From positions 35,411 through 99,410 of the forward strand of contig BDTG01000046.1 of the NCBI GenBank assembly GCA_002897695.1: a stretch of DNA of 64,000 nt, given 5' to 3'. Positions 35,391 to 45,007 of this stretch are shown here, piece by piece; the first letter of the stretch is position 1; the number at the start of each line of letters is the position of its first letter. The stretch comes from a bacterium BMS3Abin14 (GTDB lineage: Bacteria; BMS3Abin14). A model generated the notes under the pieces. That model had not been told where the DNA came from and made no database searches. It was given only the letters and a program-made list of their open reading frames with translations. Position numbers and translations under genes: made by a program.

Positions 35391-38171
35391 TTACCCTCCC
35401 GAAATTTCCGGCCCTGTTTTATCCGAGGCCTGAAGTTTCTTTTGCTGGATCTCCTGAACAGTCTTTTTTATTTTGGTGAGTTGTCCTCCGACATCTCTCT
35501 CCTCAACAACAATTCTCTCCGTCTTCTCCGCCGCCACACAGGTAATCCCCTTCTCCTTGACCGCGCTGTACCCGAAGAGGGCGTTGACATGCACATCCCG
35601 GTAGTGGGTGGGGACGAAGATGGTACCGGGCAGGCTCCGGTCGGTGACCCTGACCTCCACTTCCGTTATTCCCTTCATGCCCGTCAGCCTGATCCAGTCG
35701 CCGGTTTTGATCTCAAGGGCCTCCGCATCCACGGGGTTGACCTCCGCCACGGCGGCAGGGGCGACCTCATTGAGTCCCTTGGCCATTGTCGTAGTCGTTC
35801 CCGAGTGGTAAAGCAGGGTCCCGGGGATCAGTATGTAGGGGTAATTGGCTGTGGTTTTTTTGGGCTCCTGATAGTGGACGGGCCTGACGCGGCCAAGTCC
35901 GCTGGGGAACCTGTCCATGTGGAGAACCTCGGTTCCAGGATGGTCGGGCCGGGGGCACGGCCAGTGGAGACCGTCCTTCTCCAGCCGGTCGGGCCTGATG
36001 CCGGCGTAAAACGGGATAATGCGGGCTATCTCCTCAGTTATATCCATGCCGTTTGCGAAATCCATGGGATAGCCCAAAAGGGTAGATAGCTCGGTGATTA
36101 TCTTCCAGTCATCCCGCGTGTGGGCCGGGCTTTCAATGGCCTTTCGGACACGCTGGACGCGGCGGTCTGTGTTGGTGAAGGTTCCGTCCTTTTCCGGACC
36201 GCATGATGTCGGGAGAAGGACGTCGGCGAGAAGCGCCGTGTCGGTGAGAAACATGTCCTGAACAATGAGCAGATCCAGGTTTTTGAGCGCTTTTTTCACC
36301 GCCTCCCGGTCCGGGAAAGAGGAAAGAGGGTTTTCCCCCATAACGTACAGCCCTTTCAGCCGGCCCTTCTTCGCCTCAAGGATCATCCCCTCGGCAGAGA
36401 GCCCATCGGTGGCGGGCAGCTTCGTTTTCCATTGTCCCTCGAACCACTCCCTGTTCCCCTCGGAGGCCACCGGCTGATACCCGGGGAAAAACTCGCACAG
36501 GGCGCCCATGTCCATGGAGCCCTGCACGTTGTTATACTCCGACATGGGAATAACACCGGCTCCAAGCCGGCCCACATTACCGGTGACAAGGGCGAGGTTT
36601 ACAGCGGCCGCAACCGTGTCCTCCCCTGTATAAGGGCTTGCCGATCCCAGTGTGATGAGGATAGTGGCATGTTCGGCTGCAGCCATGAGGCGAGCGGCAT
36701 CGCGGACTTGCTCGGCCGGGACACCCGTTACTTCCTTCATCTTCTCAGGAGCATAATCCTGCAGGGAGGCCCGCAGTTCCTCCAAACCGGTCACCCGTTT
36801 TTCACAGAATCCCTTATCTTCCAGCCCCTCATCGAATATGGTGAAGGCCATGGAATTCAGCAGGGCAACGCTCGTCCCCGGAGAATGCCGCATCCAGTTA
36901 TCGGCGAACCGTGTAATCTTTACTTTCCGGCTGTTGGCAACGAGGAGCCGTGCCTTTCCGGACCTGACCTGTTTGAGGACCTTCAGCCCCGCAATATGAT
37001 CATCCTCCGTGATGTTCGAATCCAGGGTGAAAATGAGGTCCGAGTGTGTAAGATCATTCAGGGTGTTGGTGGGAGCCTCAACGCCGAAGGCCTTTCTGAG
37101 GGCTTCCATGCCTGGAAAATGGGCGAATCTGGCGATGGAGTCGACATTGTTGGTGCCCACCGCCGCCCGCATGAATTTTTGAAAAAGGTAGTTCTCCTCA
37201 TTTGTGCACCTGGCCGAGGCGATTCCTCCCAGAGCATCCGCTCCATGTTCATCGCGAATCCCCGTCAGGCCCTGCGCGATATATTCGTAGGCCTCATCCC
37301 AGGTGACGGGGACCAGTTCGCCGTCCTTGCGTATTCTGGGCTCGGTTATCCTGTCGGGATGGTGGACGTACTCGTAGCCGAACCGCCCCTTGCAGCAGAG
37401 GAATCCGCTGTTAATGGAACCCTCGTCATCTACACCGAGAACATGGTATATCCGGTCACCCTTGACCTCGAGATTGAGGGTGCATCCCACACCACAGAAA
37501 GGGCATGTGGTACGAACCGGGGTCAATTCCCAGGAGGGGGCCGTATACTTGTAGATCCTGCTGTAAAGGGAGCCCACAGGACAGGCCTGGATGCATTGGC
37601 CGCAGAATTCACAGTCCAGCGTTCTGGCGAAGGAAGGCTCAACGACCGTCGGAAAACCGCGGTTGGTGAAGTCCAGTTCCCCTTCGCCCTGCACTTCGTC
37701 ACAGATTCTCACGCAGCGGCCGCAGAGGATGCAACGGTTCTGGTTCATCTCTATGAGGGGAGACAGGTAGTCGATCCTCTTTTTCACCTGGATGTATCCG
37801 AACCGTCCGTAATCCTTGCCATGCTCAAAGGTCATGTCCTGGAGACCGCAGCGCCCTGACTGAGGGCAAATGGGGCACTCCAGCGGATGGTAAGTCAGGA
37901 GAAGTTCCAGGACCGTTTCACGGGCCCTCTTGACCCGGGCCGTGTCAGTGTGGATATCCATTCCGTCTGCAACGGGCATAACGCAGGAGGCGAAAAGCCG
38001 GTCAGAGCCCTCCACCTCCACAACGCACATGCGGCATGAACCGAAGGGCATCAAATGCTTGTAGTCACAGAAAGTGGGTATCTCCACATCCAGCATGCGT
38101 GCCGCTTCCAGGATGGTGATTCCCCTCGGTACCTCTACCTTTTTTCCATCGATAGTCAGGGTTACATTCAT
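35391..38171 (-). CDS. FdhF/NuoG-like Fe-S subunit of the second module (BfuA-like); no Mo/W-ligating Cys/Sec
   Basis: [2Fe-2S] (C..GSCRMC), HPLECPIC...C, 2x[4Fe-4S] (CILCGRC / CEFCGQC), CPFCGVGC...C. DSIARFAH at the FDH active-site loop. Confidence 0.85.
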   Translation of the reverse strand: MNVTLTIDGKKVEVPRGITILEAARMLDVEIPTFCDYKHLMPFGSCRMCVVEVEGSDRLFASCVMPVADGMDIHTDTARVKRARETVLELLLTYHPLECPICPQSGRCGLQDMTFEHGKDYGRFGYIQVKKRIDYLSPLIEMNQNRCILCGRCVRICDEVQGEGELDFTNRGFPTVVEPSFARTLDCEFCGQCIQACPVGSLYSRIYKYTAPSWELTPVRTTCPFCGVGCTLNLEVKGDRIYHVLGVDDEGSINSGFLCCKGRFGYEYVHHPDRITEPRIRKDGELVPVTWDEAYEYIAQGLTGIRDEHGADALGGIASARCTNEENYLFQKFMRAAVGTNNVDSIARFAHFPGMEALRKAFGVEAPTNTLNDLTHSDLIFTLDSNITEDDHIAGLKVLKQVRSGKARLLVANSRKVKITRFADNWMRHSPGTSVALLNSMAFTIFDEGLEDKGFCEKRVTGLEELRASLQDYAPEKMKEVTGVPAEQVRDAARLMAAAEHATILITLGSASPYTGEDTVAAAVNLALVTGNVGRLGAGVIPMSEYNNVQGSMDMGALCEFFPGYQPVASEGNREWFEGQWKTKLPATDGLSAEGMILEAKKGRLKGLYVMGENPLSSFPDREAVKKALKNLDLLIVQDMFLTDTALLADVLLPTSCGPEKDGTFTNTDRRVQRVRKAIESPAHTRDDWKIITELSTLLGYPMDFANGMDITEEIARIIPFYAGIRPDRLEKDGLHWPCPRPDHPGTEVLHMDRFPSGLGRVRPVHYQEPKKTTANYPYILIPGTLLYHSGTTTTMAKGLNEVAPAAVAEVNPVDAEALEIKTGDWIRLTGMKGITEVEVRVTDRSLPGTIFVPTHYRDVHVNALFGYSAVKEKGITCVAAEKTERIVVEERDVGGQLTKIKKTVQEIQQKKLQASDKTGPEISGG

Positions 38172-38177
38172 GTCCCG

Positions 38178-39992
38178 CTATTCCTTCACCACAGCGTTGA
38201 ACCTGCACACCTCGAAGCATGTATTGCATTTGGTGCACATGTCTTGGTCGATGACATGGACCTCTTTCCTGTTCCCGGAGATCGCCCCAACCGGACACTT
38301 TTTCGCGCAGACCGTGCAACCAGTGCAGGCGTCCTCCAGGATCCGATATGTGATAAGGGCGGTGCATACCTTGGCAGGGCATATCTTGTCCCGGATATGC
38401 GCCTCGTATTCGTTTCTGAAGTACCGGAGGGTGGAGAGTACCGGGTTGGGGGCGGTCTGACCGAGGCCGCACAGGGAGGTGCGCTTGATCTCCTGCCCCA
38501 GGTCCTCCAGGTTCTTCAGGTCCCCCATGGTACCCTCGCCCGCGGTGATACGTTCGAGGACCCCCAGCATGGTCTTTGTACCCAGCCGGCAGGGAACACA
38601 CTTGCCGCACGACTCGGCAGTCGTGAATTCAAGGAAAAACCGCGCCACGTCCACCATGCAGTCGGTTTCGTTCATGACCACAACTCCGCCGGAGCCCATC
38701 ATGGCGCCCGCCTGGATGAGGGAATCGTAATCGATGGCGGTATCGCCCAGGTCGGCGGGCAGGCATCCGCCCGAGGGCCCTCCCAGTTGGGCCGCTTTGA
38801 ACTGGCTGCCTCCATCGACCCCGCCGCCGATGTCGTAGATTATCTCCTTAAGCTGGGTTCCCGCCGGGACCTCGATGAGTCCCGTATTCTTGATCTTCCC
38901 CGTGAGCGCGAAGACTTTTGTGCCCTTGGTGCCCTTTGTACCCACACTGGCACAGCTCTCGGCGCCGTTGAGGATAATGGGCGGCACGTTTGCGAAGGTC
39001 TCCACGTTGTTTATGTTGGAGGGTTTGGCCCACAGGCCCTTATGGGCCGGAAACGGAGGCCTGGACCTGGGCATTCCACGTCTCCCTTCGATGGAAGCCA
39101 TCAGGGCCGTCTCCTCGCCGCAGACAAAGGCGCCGGCGCCCTCCTTGACCCTGAGCTTGAAAGAAAAATCGGTTCCCAAAATCCGGTCGCCCAGGTAACC
39201 CTTCTCCTCAGCCTGCATGATGGCCAGTTTGAGGCGCTTGATGGCAAGTGGATACTCTGCGCGGCAGTAAATATAGCCGTAGCTGGCACCGATGGCATAG
39301 GCGGCGATGATCATCCCCTCAATTACCGCATGGGGATCGCCCTCAAGAACGCTCCGGTCCATGAACGCTCCAGGATCGCCCTCATCGGCGTTACAGATCA
39401 GGTACTTGGGCTCTCCGGCGGCGTTGGCGCAAAAATCCCATTTCAGCCCGGTGGGGAACCCTCCTCCGCCCCGACCCCTGAGGCCTGACCGCTTAACGAC
39501 CTCCCTGATGATGGTGGGGGACATGGTGTTGATGGCCTTCTCCGTCGCCTTGTATCCGTCGGTCTCGAGGTAGTCCTCCACCTTCTCCGGATCTATAAAC
39601 CCACAGCGCCTGAGGACGACACGTTTCTGCTTCTTGAAGACGGGCATCTCCTCATAGGTCGGTATCCCCTTGTATGGCCTGTGCCCCTCCGAAACGATCT
39701 GGCCGATGGCGTATTCGGTGACCGGCTTTCCCCCTACAAGGTGGCTTTCGAGGATACCGGGCACCATCTCGGGGGTCACCTTGGCATAGGTGACCCGTGC
39801 CTTTCCCGGCAGCACCACATCCAAAAGGACCTCCTGGTAGCACATGCCGATGCACCCCGTCTTCAGGATAGGAACCTCGATGGAGAGGGACTTGAGGTAG
39901 TCCTCTACCTCGCTGAGGATGCCCTTCGCACCTGTAGCAAGCCCGCAGGTTCCCATTCCAATGACGATCATTTTTTCGCTGTCATATCCCAT
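38178..39992 (-). CDS. Long NuoF/HydB (BfuB)-type flavin subunit, 604 aa
   Basis: N-terminal thioredoxin-like Cys motif (GTCG...GCIGMC), GRGGGGFP, ADEGDPGAFMDR, ESCGKCVPC..CGLG, H-x4-C-x4-C, C-terminal 2x[4Fe-4S]. Confidence 0.88.
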   Translation of the reverse strand: MGYDSEKMIVIGMGTCGLATGAKGILSEVEDYLKSLSIEVPILKTGCIGMCYQEVLLDVVLPGKARVTYAKVTPEMVPGILESHLVGGKPVTEYAIGQIVSEGHRPYKGIPTYEEMPVFKKQKRVVLRRCGFIDPEKVEDYLETDGYKATEKAINTMSPTIIREVVKRSGLRGRGGGGFPTGLKWDFCANAAGEPKYLICNADEGDPGAFMDRSVLEGDPHAVIEGMIIAAYAIGASYGYIYCRAEYPLAIKRLKLAIMQAEEKGYLGDRILGTDFSFKLRVKEGAGAFVCGEETALMASIEGRRGMPRSRPPFPAHKGLWAKPSNINNVETFANVPPIILNGAESCASVGTKGTKGTKVFALTGKIKNTGLIEVPAGTQLKEIIYDIGGGVDGGSQFKAAQLGGPSGGCLPADLGDTAIDYDSLIQAGAMMGSGGVVVMNETDCMVDVARFFLEFTTAESCGKCVPCRLGTKTMLGVLERITAGEGTMGDLKNLEDLGQEIKRTSLCGLGQTAPNPVLSTLRYFRNEYEAHIRDKICPAKVCTALITYRILEDACTGCTVCAKKCPVGAISGNRKEVHVIDQDMCTKCNTCFEVCRFNAVVKE

Positions 39993-40021
39993 CTGCCGCT
40001 ATATCCTCCTGAAGAGTGGAA

Positions 40022-40576
40022 TCATTCCCCACCCTTCGTACCGTCCATCTCCCGGAGGTTCTTGATGATCTTGTCCACCTTGGGGGGTGTCAAGTGCCCG
40101 AGCGCGTCGTCATCGATCATGATGACCGGCGCCAGCCCGCAACATCCGAGACAGGCTACCTTCTCGAATGAGGCAAATCTGTCCTCGGTGGTCTCTCCAT
40201 GCCCGACGTCGAGAATGGACTCGAGTCGGTCGATTATACCCTTGGCGCCACGGACGTGGCAGGCTGTCCCGGAGCAGGCCCGGATGATGTGGCGCCCTCT
40301 GGGCGTTAGGTGAAACTGCGTATAGAAGGTCAGAACGCCGTACACCTGGCTTCGGTAGAGCCCAAGTTCATCGGCTACAAGGTTGGCAGCCTCCTCGGGA
40401 ACGTAGCCATAGGCCGTTTGAACCCCCTGAAGAACTGGGATCAGCATCCCCCTGGCATCATTAAGCGACCCGAGGATTTCCCGCACGTGAGCAAGATCGA
40501 GCTCCTCCTCGACTTCCTCGGTCCCCGCATCCACCCGGACACCCTCCGGGGTTACCTCGGTTACATCGGCGCTCAC
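40022..40576 (-). CDS. NuoE/HydC (BfuC)-type [2Fe-2S] subunit of the second module
   Basis: CSGTACHVRG...CLGCCGLAP. GTG 40576 overlaps the upstream stop (GTGA) with a GGAGG RBS; the ORF extends to 40588. Confidence 0.88.
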   Translation of the reverse strand: MSADVTEVTPEGVRVDAGTEEVEEELDLAHVREILGSLNDARGMLIPVLQGVQTAYGYVPEEAANLVADELGLYRSQVYGVLTFYTQFHLTPRGRHIIRACSGTACHVRGAKGIIDRLESILDVGHGETTEDRFASFEKVACLGCCGLAPVIMIDDDALGHLTPPKVDKIIKNLREMDGTKGGE

Positions 40577-41040
40577 CGCCACCTCCACATGTAATTAACC
40601 ATGTCGATGTACCGTTCGTTCATTCCCCTCAGGGAGTCCACCAGTTCATCTATAATGAGCTTCATGATCTTCACGGCGTCCGCAGGGTGTTCCTCCACAA
40701 ACCGGTCGAATGACGCCCGGTCCAGCAGGTACAGCACGGTCTCTCCCTTGGCGCCGGCATCGGCCGAGTGCTCGCCTCCCGAAAGGAAGGTCATAATGCC
40801 GACGAAACGCCCCGCGGGAACGATACCCAGATTCTGGGCTTCGCCCTCTTTGGCCCTTTTCGTGATTCTCACCGCCCCCTGGCCTACCAGGTAAAGATCG
40901 CCACCCGGGGTTCCCTCGTTGAAGATCGGCCCCTTATCCTGATAGGCCCTCCTTTGAAGGACCCTTGCCAGATAATTCAAGGCATCGGCCGAAATAGTCT
41001 GGAATGACTTCATCTGTTTGAGCTGGCTAATTTCAATCAT
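40573..41040 (-). CDS. Stand-alone cyclic-nucleotide-binding-fold (Crp N-terminal-like) protein
   Basis: IFNEGTPGGDLYLVGQGAVRI...GRFVGIMTFL...HSADA; no HTH; 155 aa. Confidence 0.8.
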   Translation of the reverse strand: MIEISQLKQMKSFQTISADALNYLARVLQRRAYQDKGPIFNEGTPGGDLYLVGQGAVRITKRAKEGEAQNLGIVPAGRFVGIMTFLSGGEHSADAGAKGETVLYLLDRASFDRFVEEHPADAVKIMKLIIDELVDSLRGMNERYIDMVNYMWRWR

Positions 41041-41053
41041 CTTTCATTCCTCC

Positions 41054-43729
41054 TCAAAACTTCTCAACCCGGACCCGGACCACAGCGGTCTCCAGCCCGG
41101 CGCCGTTTTCCCCCATAAGACGGCTGACCGGTACATCGGAGAAGTGGCGCGGCAAAAAGAGCACCCCGGGCAAAAGATCGTTTGAAAACTTTACGCCGAC
41201 CGCAACCTCACCACCGGGGGAAACCACCTTGACCCGGCTTCCGTCCTCAATATCCAGCCCGGCGCCGGTGGCCTCGTTCATTGTCAGAACCGCCCTGCCG
41301 ACAAGCTGATTGAGGGATTCCGAATACCCGGTAAAACTCCCGGAGTGCATCAGCAGATTACCGACCAGCAGTGTCAGGGGATAATCCGGATCCCTTGCAA
41401 AACCTCCCCATCCTTCCACTGCTGCGAAGGAGCGCTTCACATCCGGGACCGAATCCGGCAGAAGGTGTCTGGTCCCAAGGTAACCCTCGCTGTAGACCTC
41501 CTGGGCATCCTGCCTGGTGAAGGGCCACTGAATGCCGTGGTCGGCCAGAATGCGATAGTTGATCCCGGAGTAGTACGGCACGACGCTGGAGATCTCATCG
41601 AGCACTTCCGCGGAGTTGACGTACTTGAGCCCTTCAACGCCCATGGATACACCGACTTCCGAGAATATCCTCCAGTCGGGCATGGTTTTCCCGGCCCCGT
41701 CCTGGGCTTTTTTGCTTAGCTGTACCCTTCTGTCAATGCTCGTGAGGGTGCCGTCCTTTTCGGGAAGGCCGCAGGCAGGCAGAACGACATGGGCACTGGA
41801 TGCCGTCTCCGTCAGGAACAGCTCCTGAACCACGAGGAATTTTACCCTGGCCAGGGCCTCCTCGATCATCTGCCTATCCGGAAATGTTACAACCGGGTTT
41901 ACTCCAACGAGGTACAGCGCCGAAAGCTTACCCTTCCCGGCGGCGGCGAACATCTCGTTGGCATTCATCCCCGGTTTTTTTGGAAGAACGGCATCCCAGG
42001 TTTTCTCAAGGGTTTTTACGCCCCCGGAAGATCCGACCTGAACCCACCCGGGAAGATGGCCGGGTGATACGCCCATGTCTACAACACCCTGAAAGTTGGT
42101 GTTGGAAAGGACGGGATAAATACCGCAGCCTTCCTTTCCAAGGCGGCCGGTAAGCATCAGGAGATCGATAAGAGCGTTTATCAGATCCCCGCCGTTGGGA
42201 CCCAGGGCGGCTTCCTCACCAAATATAACGGACGACTTCCCGGCGGAGATGAATTCCCTCGCAGTCTGGGTGATGTCGTTAACGGAAACGCCCGCATCCG
42301 ATGCCATCTTCTCAAGGTCAAGGCCGCCGACCGATCCCCTGAGGGCCTTCATGCCCTTATAATCCGACAGGGCCTCCTCATCGACCAGTCCCTCATCCAG
42401 CATGACCCGCATCATCCCCTTGATGAACGTCACCTCATTGCCCACGTCAAGGAGCACCGTCCGGCCTGCAAGCCGCGACAGGGCTGTACGCCTGGGTATG
42501 AGTTCGGTTACCGAAGCGCCTTTTCTAATGGCCGCCTTGATCTTGAGCCCGGCAATGGGGCTCTCCACGGTTATGTCACATCCCACGAGGAGCAGGGATT
42601 CAACATAATTAAGCTCGTCAAGAGAATTCGGCGCGGCCAGAACTCCAAGTCGTTTCTCAAGGATGGGCAGAACGAGGCGGTTCCAGTTTCCGGTCGGCGT
42701 GTCCACATTGTTGCTTTCAAAACCGACCCTGAAAATCTTCTGGAAAAGGTAGAGCTCTTCATTGGTCAGGCGGTCCGATACGACCCCGCCGATGGAGTTG
42801 CCGCCGCTCGTTTTCTTCACTTCCCCGAAACCCCTGGAAATTTCTTCCAGGGCCTCCTCCCAGGAGGCCTCGACCAGTTCATCACCCTTCCGGATCAGGG
42901 GTGATCTGAGCCGTTCGGGGTTATTGATGGCATCGTACCCGAAATAGCCCCTGGAGCACAGACTGCCGTAATTGACCCCCCTGTTTTCCGCGTTGGTCAC
43001 TTTGAGCACCTTGTTATTTCGATGATTGTAGACCAGCGTGCAGCCCACGCTGCAGTACGGACAGATGGCCTCCGTCTTGTCCATCTCCCACGTACGGAAC
43101 CTCTCCTTCATGGCCCTGGAAGTGATAGCCCCCACCGGACATACCCAGATACAGTGTCCACAGTATTCGCAGTCGAGGGACTTTTCCATGAACGGTCCCA
43201 CGATCGTCTGGGCGCCGCGGTATGACATTCCGAGGGCCGTCACCCCCTGGATCTCATCGCATATCCTGACGCACCTTTTGCACTGTATGCACCTGTTAAG
43301 ATTCCGGTCGATGAGCGGGCTGATGATATGGTCCCTCAGGATCCTCTTCTTCTCTCCGAATCTGGTCTCGCCGCTTCCGAACTTGAAGGAAATATCCTGA
43401 AGGGCGCAATCCCCGGAAGCATCACATACGGTACACTCCAGGGGATGGTTGATAAGGAAAAATTCCAGCATCATCCTCCTGGCTTTCTGGACCCGCGGCG
43501 TGTTGGTCCTGATCTCCATGCCATCCAGGACCGCCAGGGTGCAGGCCGTCTGCAGTTTGCCCATACCTTCCACTTCCACCAGGCACATACGACAGGCGCC
43601 GAGCTCGCTCAGCATGGGGTGATGACAGAATGTGGGAATATGGATACCAAGCTTCCTGGCCGCGGCGAGGACGTGAAGATGCCCGTCCACCTTGATCTGC
43701 TTTCCGTCTATTACCAGGCGGACCATCAT
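41054..43729 (-). CDS. nuoG: NADH-quinone oxidoreductase subunit G (long, FdhF-like)
   Basis: PTFCHH...GACRMC, HPLECTVC, CIQCKRC / CEYCGHC, CPYCSVGC...LC; degenerate molybdopterin-oxidoreductase C-terminal half. Confidence 0.85.
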   Translation of the reverse strand: MMVRLVIDGKQIKVDGHLHVLAAARKLGIHIPTFCHHPMLSELGACRMCLVEVEGMGKLQTACTLAVLDGMEIRTNTPRVQKARRMMLEFFLINHPLECTVCDASGDCALQDISFKFGSGETRFGEKKRILRDHIISPLIDRNLNRCIQCKRCVRICDEIQGVTALGMSYRGAQTIVGPFMEKSLDCEYCGHCIWVCPVGAITSRAMKERFRTWEMDKTEAICPYCSVGCTLVYNHRNNKVLKVTNAENRGVNYGSLCSRGYFGYDAINNPERLRSPLIRKGDELVEASWEEALEEISRGFGEVKKTSGGNSIGGVVSDRLTNEELYLFQKIFRVGFESNNVDTPTGNWNRLVLPILEKRLGVLAAPNSLDELNYVESLLLVGCDITVESPIAGLKIKAAIRKGASVTELIPRRTALSRLAGRTVLLDVGNEVTFIKGMMRVMLDEGLVDEEALSDYKGMKALRGSVGGLDLEKMASDAGVSVNDITQTAREFISAGKSSVIFGEEAALGPNGGDLINALIDLLMLTGRLGKEGCGIYPVLSNTNFQGVVDMGVSPGHLPGWVQVGSSGGVKTLEKTWDAVLPKKPGMNANEMFAAAGKGKLSALYLVGVNPVVTFPDRQMIEEALARVKFLVVQELFLTETASSAHVVLPACGLPEKDGTLTSIDRRVQLSKKAQDGAGKTMPDWRIFSEVGVSMGVEGLKYVNSAEVLDEISSVVPYYSGINYRILADHGIQWPFTRQDAQEVYSEGYLGTRHLLPDSVPDVKRSFAAVEGWGGFARDPDYPLTLLVGNLLMHSGSFTGYSESLNQLVGRAVLTMNEATGAGLDIEDGSRVKVVSPGGEVAVGVKFSNDLLPGVLFLPRHFSDVPVSRLMGENGAGLETAVVRVRVEKF

Positions 43730-45003
43730 GCTGATTCCTCCAACGTTCCGCCGTCCGGCTCTTCGCCCTTCAAATAACCCAGGTACTCATCCCTGAACTT
43801 TTCCATGGTGCTCGTCACACAGCTGACCGATGCCTCTCCCAGCCCACAGAAGGACGTGGTCCGGATGCTCTCACAAATATCCGACAGCAGATCCAGATCG
43901 GCCATGGCGCCGCGGCCCTCCAGGATCCTGTCGAATATCCTTCTGACCCAGAAAAGACCCTCCCTGCATGGAGTGCACTTACCGCAGGATTCGTGCTCGA
44001 AAAACTTGATAAGCACGTGGGTGACCTTGACCATATCGGCGGTATCGTCCAGGACCATGACGGCCCCTGATCCGAGCATGCTGCCGGCCGCAGCCAAGGC
44101 ATTGAAATCCAGCTTCACATCAAGCTGGGATTCGTCAAGACAGGCGGAAGATGCGCCTCCCGGGAAGGCCGCCTTGAAGCTCCTGTTGTCCCGCATCCCA
44201 CCGGCGTGCTCAAAGACAAGCTCACGCAGGGTAACCCCCATGGGCAGTTCATAGACCCCGGGATTGACCACGTGGCCGCTGACGGAGAAAAGCTTTGTTC
44301 CGGGGCATTCCGGCGTACCGATCCCTGCGTACCAATCACCGCCCCTCAGGAGTATCTGCGGAATGGAAGCGAGTGTTTCAACGTTGTTGACGACCGTAGG
44401 CAGGTCACTGTATCCGACGTTGACCGGGAAGGGAGGGCGAATTCTGGATTGCCCCCTTTTTCCCTCCAGGGACTCGATGAGGGCGGTCTCCTCACCGCAC
44501 ACATAAGCTCCCGCTCCCCGATGTACGGTTATCGTGAAATTGAAACCCGAGTTCAGGATGTTCTCACCGAGAAACGATCTTTCCTCAGCCTCTTTAATGG
44601 CCCGTTCCAGAACCCTGGCCCCAAAGGGGTATTCACCGCGAATGTAGATGAAGCCATACTCCGCCCCCACGGCATATGCGGCCAATGCCATCCCCTCCAG
44701 GATGGCATGGGGGTCGTTCTCGATCAGCACCCTGTCCTTGAAAGTTCCGGGCTCACCCTCGTCCGCATTGCATATGATGAACTTCGGGCTGCGCCGGTCC
44801 CGTGACGCAAAGTCCCACTTCATGCCCGCGGGAAACCCTGCCCCGCCCCGACCCCTCAGCCGGGAAAGTTTAACCTCCTCAAGGACATCCTCGGGGCCCA
44901 TTTCGTTCAAGGCCCTGGGGAGAGCAACGTATCCCTCGTTGACCAGATAGGAATCGATATGCGCCGGATTGGGCCGGTCAATATTTCGGGTCAGGATCTT
45001 CAA
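43726..45003 (-). CDS. nuoF: NADH-quinone oxidoreductase subunit F (canonical short form)
   Basis: GRGGAGFP, NADEGEPGTFKDR, YVCGEETAL, ESCGKCTPC...CGLG. Probable TTG start at 45003; the ORF extends to 45084. Confidence 0.92.
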   Translation of the reverse strand: MKILTRNIDRPNPAHIDSYLVNEGYVALPRALNEMGPEDVLEEVKLSRLRGRGGAGFPAGMKWDFASRDRRSPKFIICNADEGEPGTFKDRVLIENDPHAILEGMALAAYAVGAEYGFIYIRGEYPFGARVLERAIKEAEERSFLGENILNSGFNFTITVHRGAGAYVCGEETALIESLEGKRGQSRIRPPFPVNVGYSDLPTVVNNVETLASIPQILLRGGDWYAGIGTPECPGTKLFSVSGHVVNPGVYELPMGVTLRELVFEHAGGMRDNRSFKAAFPGGASSACLDESQLDVKLDFNALAAAGSMLGSGAVMVLDDTADMVKVTHVLIKFFEHESCGKCTPCREGLFWVRRIFDRILEGRGAMADLDLLSDICESIRTTSFCGLGEASVSCVTSTMEKFRDEYLGYLKGEEPDGGTLEESA

Positions 45004-45007
45004 AACG

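Noticed and set aside
35391-38171. Bona fide (seleno)formate dehydrogenase
   Set aside because: The active-site position is Ala (GCC), there is no in-frame TGA, and no SECIS-like context is needed.
36432-39488. Long plus-strand ORFs (475 and 477 aa) and many other antisense or overlapping ORFs in the track
   Set aside because: They are shadows of well-supported opposite-strand genes in GC-rich DNA, with no recognisable motifs or RBS logic.
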